DNA of 33,494 nt from an uncultured Eggerthellaceae bacterium (GTDB lineage: Bacteria; Actinomycetota; Coriobacteriia; Coriobacteriales; Eggerthellaceae). The stretch spans positions 1 through 33,494 of the forward strand of contig CAUWJA010000001.1 of assembly GCA_963558905.1 (NCBI GenBank), read 5' to 3'. The notes beneath the pieces are model-generated. The model was not told the origin of the DNA and searched no databases. It worked only from the letters and a program-made list of their open reading frames with translations. Both the position numbers and the translations under genes were made by a program. Below are positions 28,219 to 33,494 of this stretch, piece after piece (the stretch's first letter is position 1; every line of letters starts with the position of its first letter).

Positions 28219-29631
28219 CTACAGGTCGGCGGTCTTGATGGCCAGCACGTCGCGTGCGGGCTCGGTGTCGGGCGTCCACGGGGTGGAGCCGCTGGATGCA
28301 CCCGGGCCTTTGCGGCCGAAGCGCCCCTGCTTCTTCGGCTTGCTGTGGGCGATTTGGCGGTTCGCGGTCTTTTCCTCCATGCGGCGCGTCCAGGCGCTCA
28401 TGGGCAGCGTCACGATCAGGTAGAAGATGGCGGCCACGATGTAGGGCGTGATGTTGCCCGTGTTGGCCGTGATGACCTTGGCGAACATGACGGTTTCGGA
28501 CAGGCCGACGGCAGCCAGAAGCGAGGTGTCCTTGTACAGCAGGATGAACTCGTTTGTCACAGTGGGGATCACACGGCGGAACGCCTGGGGGATGATGACG
28601 TGCAGCATGGTCTGCGCGCCGGTCATGCCCAGCGAGCGCGCGGCTTCGAACTGGCCTTTGCTGATGGACTGGATGCCTGCGCGGAAGATCTCGCACAGAT
28701 AGGCGCCGGAATTGAATGCCATGACGATGGCGCCCAGGACGAAGTTGTCGAGCGCGATGCCCAGAAGCGGCAGGCCGAAGAACGCGATGTAGATCTGCAG
28801 GAACATGGGGGTGCCGCGCACCACGTTGACATAGACGCTGGCCACAGCGCGCGCCAGACGGAACTTCGACATGCGCAGAAGCGCTGCCAGGAATCCCAGC
28901 GGAACGGCCATGGGGATGCCGCAGAGCACCAACCCCAGGGCGGTGAGCCAGCCTTTGGCCACTTGGGGGAAGCTGGTCACCATGATGGTGGGATCGAAGA
29001 ACAGGTGCAGAAACGTGTTGGAGTTCCAGGCCTGCACCCAGGATTGGCCGGAGAGCCACTGGGAGATCTGCTCGGCAGCGGAGATGCCGGTGACGGTGAT
29101 GGCGTCGGGGGCGACGGTGTCTACGGCGGTCCCGTCCATGCCGGTGGCGGTGCCTGCGATGGTGAAGCTCCCGCCGTCAGCGGGCAATTCCACCTTGTAC
29201 ATCTCGATGCGGATCAAGAGGCCTGCGGGCGTGCCTTCAGGGAAGTCGATGGTGACATCGCCGTTTTCCACATAGGTCTCGGTGGCCACCTCGATGCGGT
29301 CAAGGCCGTCGAGCGCTGTGACTTTGACCTGGTCGGCCATCAGGTGGGTGCCCTCGGGCATGTCAAGCGTCACTTGGGAGAGGCTCTCGCCCTGGTCGGC
29401 CTGCGCCTCCCATGTCACGCGGGTGGGTGTTGCCCCCATGATGTTGCCCGTGCCGTCTTGGTTGGGCTTGGCCGTGCAGGACGTCACCTCGAGCGCGCAG
29501 GCATCGGCGGGCGAGGCCATGGCGGCTGCGAAGGTGCATGCGACGGCGGCGAAGGCGAGAGCCGCAGCAAGCGAGAATGCAGCCAGGGCGCGGGTGGCGA
29601 AAGAGCTGGGTTGGTCGGTCATGGAAGTCAC
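28219..29631 (-). CDS. Polar amino acid ABC permease with extra N-terminal extracytoplasmic domain
   Basis: C-terminal half YVNVVRGTP, AYLCEIFRAGIQSI.KGQFEAARSLG, LYKDTSL. N-terminus is a signal peptide plus a ~150-aa soluble domain. Start could be 29622. Confidence 0.9.
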   Translation of the reverse strand: MTSMTDQPSSFATRALAAFSLAAALAFAAVACTFAAAMASPADACALEVTSCTAKPNQDGTGNIMGATPTRVTWEAQADQGESLSQVTLDMPEGTHLMADQVKVTALDGLDRIEVATETYVENGDVTIDFPEGTPAGLLIRIEMYKVELPADGGSFTIAGTATGMDGTAVDTVAPDAITVTGISAAEQISQWLSGQSWVQAWNSNTFLHLFFDPTIMVTSFPQVAKGWLTALGLVLCGIPMAVPLGFLAALLRMSKFRLARAVASVYVNVVRGTPMFLQIYIAFFGLPLLGIALDNFVLGAIVMAFNSGAYLCEIFRAGIQSISKGQFEAARSLGMTGAQTMLHVIIPQAFRRVIPTVTNEFILLYKDTSLLAAVGLSETVMFAKVITANTGNITPYIVAAIFYLIVTLPMSAWTRRMEEKTANRQIAHSKPKKQGRFGRKGPGASSGSTPWTPDTEPARDVLAIKTADL

Positions 29632-29754
29632 CGTCTTTCGGATGGTGGATGAGCGGATGGAGCGGGAGGTGCCGGATCGGCGGAGGCGGCGTGCGTTTCC
29701 GTGCGCATGACGGGCGGTGCTGCGACCGCCCGTCGGTTGCCGGAATGCGTGGTG

Positions 29755-30639
29755 CTAGTTGGCAGAAGCGCCGAACCACTTCTGATAGAGGGCGTCATAG
29801 GAGCCGTCGTCCTTGGCTTTGGCCAGTGCGGCGTTGAGCGCCTCGGTCAATGCAGGGTTGTTCTGGTTGACGGCGATGGCGTACTGCTCACCGGTAGGAA
29901 TCTCCTGGATGACCTTGCAGTCGGTGTAGGCGTTGCTGACGTAGTACTGGACCACAGGCAGGTCGGCCACGATGCCGTCGATCTGGCCGGCCTGCAGGGC
30001 GGCGAAGATGGCGGTCATTTCGTCATAGGCGATTACTTCGGCGCCGTCGATGTTCTCAAGGGCCCAGTCGTAACCGGTGGTGCCGCTCTGGGCGCCGATC
30101 TTCTTACCGGCCAGGTCATCGGCGGATGCTGCGGAATCGGAGGTCAGGACCACGACGCCTTGGTTGGAGTCGCAGTAAGGATCGGTGAAGGTGATCTGCT
30201 CCTCACGTTCGGGGGTGATGGTGAAGGAGGAGACGCCCACGTCGGCCTTGCCGCCGGTCTGGATAACGCCGACGATCGAGTCGAACTTCATCGTGGGCAG
30301 GTACTCGCACTCAAGGCCCATCTTGTCAGCGAGCAGATTCATGAGTTCGACCGCAAAGCCGACGGGCTGGTTGTCGGAGTCGGCGCTTTCAAACGGAGGG
30401 AAGTCAAGCGATGCGGCCACGGTCAGCGTGCCGTCGGTCACCAGCTGGATGTCGCCGGCGTCAGCGGCATCGGTGCCGGCGCTGCCGGAAGAGGAGCTCG
30501 ACGAAGAGCTGGAACTGGAGGAGCTTGAGCTGGAGTCGCTGCTGTTCGAGCAGCCGGCGAGGACGAGTCCGCCAAGGCAGAGCGCCAGGCAGAGCGCCGC
30601 TGCGGCGGCGAAGAGGGGTTTGGCTTTGAAGTTCTTCAT
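29755..30639 (-). CDS. Polar amino acid ABC substrate-binding lipoprotein (SBP family 3), probably basic amino acid/arginine
   Basis: Lipobox LAGC, poly-Ser linker, DFPPFE, SSFTITPERE, GAQSGTTG; GAAAGGA RBS before ATG 30639. Specificity inferred only from the leader. Confidence 0.9.
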   Translation of the reverse strand: MKNFKAKPLFAAAAALCLALCLGGLVLAGCSNSSDSSSSSSSSSSSSSSSSGSAGTDAADAGDIQLVTDGTLTVAASLDFPPFESADSDNQPVGFAVELMNLLADKMGLECEYLPTMKFDSIVGVIQTGGKADVGVSSFTITPEREEQITFTDPYCDSNQGVVVLTSDSAASADDLAGKKIGAQSGTTGYDWALENIDGAEVIAYDEMTAIFAALQAGQIDGIVADLPVVQYYVSNAYTDCKVIQEIPTGEQYAIAVNQNNPALTEALNAALAKAKDDGSYDALYQKWFGASAN

Positions 30640-30652
30640 GGGAGATCCTTTC

Positions 30653-30690
30653 AAAAATAAAAACACCCATCGGACGGCTTGGATGGGTGC
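30653..30690 (-). terminator. Intrinsic terminator inside the 5' leader (attenuator)
   Basis: gcacccatc-caagccgtcc-gatgggtgt followed by ttttattttt, ending just before the SBP RBS. Confidence 0.85.
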
Positions 30691-30730
30691 TGCGAAATGT
30701 AGTCATGGATATGCTCGGAAAATCACGCAG

Positions 30731-30775
30731 TCACCTTTGTCGTCGTCGCTCCTCGGCATGTCGTGCGTAGAACAT
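30731..30775 (-). CDS. Arg-rich leader peptide MFYARHAEERRRQR
   Basis: GGAGG-5 nt-ATG TTC TAC GCA CGA CAT GCC GAG GAG CGA CGA CGA CAA AGG TGA. Confidence 0.75.
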   Translation of the reverse strand: MFYARHAEERRRQR

Positions 30776-30849
30776 GGCTTCCTCCGTTTCAATCGGTTAC
30801 AACGGGCCTTTTGGGCGCTTCGTTGCTTTAGTCGGTTAAAGTGTTGAGC

Positions 30850-30878
30850 ATTATCGAATAAATATGCACCATTAGCAA
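30850..30878 (-). promoter_or_regulatory. Housekeeping-sigma promoter of the ABC operon
   Basis: TTGCTA-17 bp-GATAAT on the minus strand within an AT-rich island. Confidence 0.7.
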
Positions 30879-30922
30879 GTACAAATTTAAAAATATTCAA
30901 ATTGATGATAAGTTTATGCAAT
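30853..30922. promoter_or_regulatory. Putative ARG boxes (ArgR operators)
   Basis: Minus-strand cores TGCATATTTATTCG (30855-68), TGAATATTTTTAAA (30886-99), TGCATAAACTTATC (30907-20). The last two are 21 bp apart. Confidence 0.6.
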
Positions 30923-30982
30923 AGATAGCTGATATGCGTCCGTTTGCATTCAATATGGCGCCGCTGATGGGAGATGGGTGGC

Positions 30983-31048
30983 TCCGTAGCATTTCAAGGT
31001 GAACCGGGTTGTTCGTTTTGCCGGCCCGAAAGACTTCGGATTCGGGGC
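30983..31048. repeat. Partial copy 3 of the palindromic element
   Basis: cccgaaagacttcggattcggggc matches the right arms of copies 1 and 2. tccgtagcatttcaagg matches tccgtaggctttcaagg at 13901. Confidence 0.55.
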
Positions 31049-31164
31049 TTTCGCCTCCAGGGGCTTTCGCTGGAAAGCGGGCACCGGCTTTCATCGGTGC
31101 CCGCTGCGGTTCGTCTTCGCATCTTCGCCGAAACGCATCGGCTTCGCGATGGGGTCGACGCGAT

Positions 31165-32400
31165 CTATCCGATCTTGGTGGCTTCGCGTCGGATGGTGCC
31201 CGCTTCGTAGAGCGCGGCGATCTCCTCGTCGGTTACGCCGACCGACTTGAGGATCTCTTCGTTCTCCTGGCCGACAAGCGGCATGCTGCGTGCGATGCGG
31301 CCCGGGTTGTTCCTGAGCTTCGGAATCACGTTGACGCCCTTGACCGTGTCGCCGTCAAAGGAATTCGTCCATTCCGTGAAGGTCTCGCGGGCCTGGTAGT
31401 GGGGGTCGGCGGCGCAATCCGCAAAGGTGTAGATGCGGCTGCACGGCACGCCCGCGCCCAGAAGGATCTCTTCGGCTTCGGCACCCGTATGCGAGGCGAA
31501 GAAGTCTGCCAGCGCCGCTTCGAGCGCATCGCCGGCGGGCGTACCCATGGCGCACAGCCCCATGCCGTCGTAGAAGGGGTCGCTGTTGATATCCAGGTCA
31601 AGCGCCTTGAGGGCGTTGCGCACCACGCCGGCGCCCAGGATCAGGATGTACAGCGGCACGCCGTCGCTGCAGGTGTAGGCGCCATAGCCCGCTGAAGAGG
31701 TGGAATGCGACCCCTCGCGTTTGGGCAGCGCGCCGGTGTTGAGGTAGTTCATCACGTAGAAGCCGGAGCAGCGGATCATGGCCTCGTATTGCGCGATATC
31801 CACGCTTTCACCCTGGCCGGTCAGCTGCGCGCGATGCAGCGCGGCAAGGGCGCCCGTGATGCCGAACAGTCCCGTGAAGTAGTCGGAGGGCTGGGGGAAG
31901 GCGGGGATGGGCAGGCGATCGGGGAATCCGTTCATCTCCATGTAGCCGGAAAACGCCTGGCCGATGCCGTCGAAGGAAGCGCGGGTGACGTATTCGGGCA
32001 CGCCGGTCTGGCCGAAACCGGAGATGTGCACGATGACCAGCTTGGGATTGATCTCCCAGAGAACCTCATCGCTCATGTCCCACTTGACCATCTGGCCGCC
32101 GCGGAAGCCCTCGACCAGGATATCGGCCGTCTTGAGCAGCTCGAAGAAAATCTCGCGGCCGCGTCCCTTGCGCACGTCCATGCACAGCGAGCGGGAGTTG
32201 CGGCGGTCCATCTGCGTGCCCCAGCCGCCCAATGCGGGGTTGGGGCGCGAGGTGTCGCGGCCCTTGGGGTTTTCGATGCCTATGACATCGGCGCCGAGAT
32301 CGCCCAGCATTGCGCAGGCGAACGGCCCTGCTATGGCCTGGGAGAGGTTGATGACGCGCACGCCCTGAAGCGGTCCGAACGGGGTGATGTCTTCTGCCAT
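31165..32400 (-). CDS. Family III CoA-transferase, CaiB (carnitine CoA-transferase)-like
   Basis: FGPLQGVRV, IAGPFA, GADVIGIENP, HISGFGQTG, PAFPQPSDY (catalytic Asp), ESVDIAQYE. Confidence 0.9.
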   Translation of the reverse strand: MAEDITPFGPLQGVRVINLSQAIAGPFACAMLGDLGADVIGIENPKGRDTSRPNPALGGWGTQMDRRNSRSLCMDVRKGRGREIFFELLKTADILVEGFRGGQMVKWDMSDEVLWEINPKLVIVHISGFGQTGVPEYVTRASFDGIGQAFSGYMEMNGFPDRLPIPAFPQPSDYFTGLFGITGALAALHRAQLTGQGESVDIAQYEAMIRCSGFYVMNYLNTGALPKREGSHSTSSAGYGAYTCSDGVPLYILILGAGVVRNALKALDLDINSDPFYDGMGLCAMGTPAGDALEAALADFFASHTGAEAEEILLGAGVPCSRIYTFADCAADPHYQARETFTEWTNSFDGDTVKGVNVIPKLRNNPGRIARSMPLVGQENEEILKSVGVTDEEIAALYEAGTIRREATKIG

Positions 32401-32464
32401 GTTTCCACCTTGCTTTCAATCGGTTCCATGCGGCGGGGTGTCCTGTCGCAGTCGGAAGAAGACA

Positions 32465-32479
32465 GCAAATTGCATGCCA
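32465..32479 (-). promoter_or_regulatory. Putative sigma54 -24/-12 promoter for the leftward CoA-transferase
   Basis: TGGCATGCAATTTGC (GG-N10-GC). Confidence 0.65.
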
Positions 32480-32512
32480 TAGGGTTTCTCTCGGGCCGTG
32501 CGTCCGGTCGCC

Positions 32513-32527
32513 TGGCATGTTTTTTGC
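32513..32527 (+). promoter_or_regulatory. Putative sigma54 -24/-12 promoter for the rightward CoA-transferase
   Basis: TGGCATGTTTTTTGC (GG-N10-GC). Confidence 0.65.
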
Positions 32528-32565
32528 GAGGCGGTTCCCGATGTTCCCGTTCGAAAGGGTTGATA

Positions 32566-33494
32566 GTGAAAACCGAGGATATCCCCGAATTCGGCCTGCT
32601 CCATGGCTACCGCGTGGTGCTCATCGGCCTGTCTGTTGCGGCGCCGTTCGCCGCTGAGCTCTATGCCGAGCACGGCGCCGACGTCATATGGATCGAGCAC
32701 CCCACCACTCCGGATATGGGCCGTTTTTCGGTTCATGGGGGCAGTTGGCAGCAGGATCGCCGCAATATGCGCAGCGTGGCCATGAACTATATGAAAGAGG
32801 AGGGCCGCGAGGCGTTCCTCAAGCTGATGGAAACCGCCGATGTCCTCATCGAAGCGTCGACCGGCGGGCGCTTCGAGCGCGCAGGGCTTTCCGATGATGT
32901 GCTGTGGGAGGCGAACCCCGGTTTGGTCATAGCCCATATCTCCGGCTTCGGCCAGACGGGCGATCCGGCGTATGTGCGCCGAGCCAGCTACGATCCCATC
33001 GCCCAGGCATTCGGGTGCGCGATGCGCATGAACGGCTCTCCCGGGCAGCGCTCCGTTCCCGCGATGCCGTTTCCCGGAGACTATACGGCGGCGTTCTATG
33101 CGTTCGGCATGACGCTGGCCGCGCTCCTCAAGCGCACCGAGACGGGGAAGGGCGAAAGCATAGATGTGGCCCAGTTTGAAGCCATGGTCCGCATTCAGGC
33201 GAACTATCCGTTCGATTACTGGAAATACGGCAAGGATTACATCAAGGAAGGCGACCATAGCCTGATCTGCGCCCTGTACGGCACGTACGAATGCGCCGAC
33301 GGGGAAGAGATCTACGTATTGTTCCTGGGTCCCGGTGTGCTGAAAGCCGGCCTTCCGCTCATCGGTTTGGAATACGGAAGCGAGCTGTTCCCTGAGGGCG
33401 AGGGCATCATCCCCTACGGAAGCCATGCCGCCGATGTCGCCGAGGCCGCGTTCGCCGAGTTTCTCTCGCAGCACACCGCCGCCCAGGCCGAGGA
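32566..33494 (+). CDS. Second CaiB-like family III CoA-transferase; runs off the window
   Basis: Not in the ORF track. GAAAGG RBS, GTG start: MKTEDIPEFGLLHGYRVV...HGADVIWIE...QDRRNMRS...HISGFGQTG...AMPFPGDY...GESIDVAQFE. Confidence 0.88.
   Translation, partial: MKTEDIPEFGLLHGYRVVLIGLSVAAPFAAELYAEHGADVIWIEHPTTPDMGRFSVHGGSWQQDRRNMRSVAMNYMKEEGREAFLKLMETADVLIEASTGGRFERAGLSDDVLWEANPGLVIAHISGFGQTGDPAYVRRASYDPIAQAFGCAMRMNGSPGQRSVPAMPFPGDYTAAFYAFGMTLAALLKRTETGKGESIDVAQFEAMVRIQANYPFDYWKYGKDYIKEGDHSLICALYGTYECADGEEIYVLFLGPGVLKAGLPLIGLEYGSELFPEGEGIIPYGSHAADVAEAAFAEFLSQHTAAQAE

Noticed and set aside
30480-30550. Poly-Ser tract in the SBP as a contingency repeat
   Set aside because: Mixed Ser codons; an ordinary flexible lipoprotein linker.
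30640-30845. T-box or metabolite riboswitch as the leader mechanism
   Set aside because: No TGGNACCGCG-type T-box sequence or recognisable aptamer; the uORF plus antiterminator explains the terminator better.

Overview
High-GC chromosomal window, most likely from a Coriobacteriia/Eggerthellaceae anaerobe (Slackia-like). This is inferred from GC content, gene repertoire and GAAAGG-type RBSs. About 28 mostly housekeeping or transport genes: amino acid permease, TauE/SafE, racemase, two MFS, fetAB, TRIC, Zn-PLC family, TM2 protein, EF-G paralogue, DDAH, YvlD, rlmD-cysK-maf-tilS, two lipoproteins, cydDC, a membrane XRE regulator, a truncated AAA/DUF4143 gene, a polar amino acid ABC transporter and two divergent CaiB-type CoA-transferases. 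No CRISPR, IS, prophage, tRNA or rRNA seen. The best signals are non-coding and absent from the ORF track. (1) An apparent arginine-sensing transcription attenuator upstream of the ABC transporter: a 14-aa leader MFYARHAEERRRQR with CGA-CGA-CGA, a mutually exclusive antiterminator/terminator pair, and ARG boxes over the promoter. (2) Two back-to-back sigma54-type promoters between the caiB paralogues. (3) A dispersed family of ~160-180 bp palindromic intergenic elements with a shared TGAGCTGGG core.
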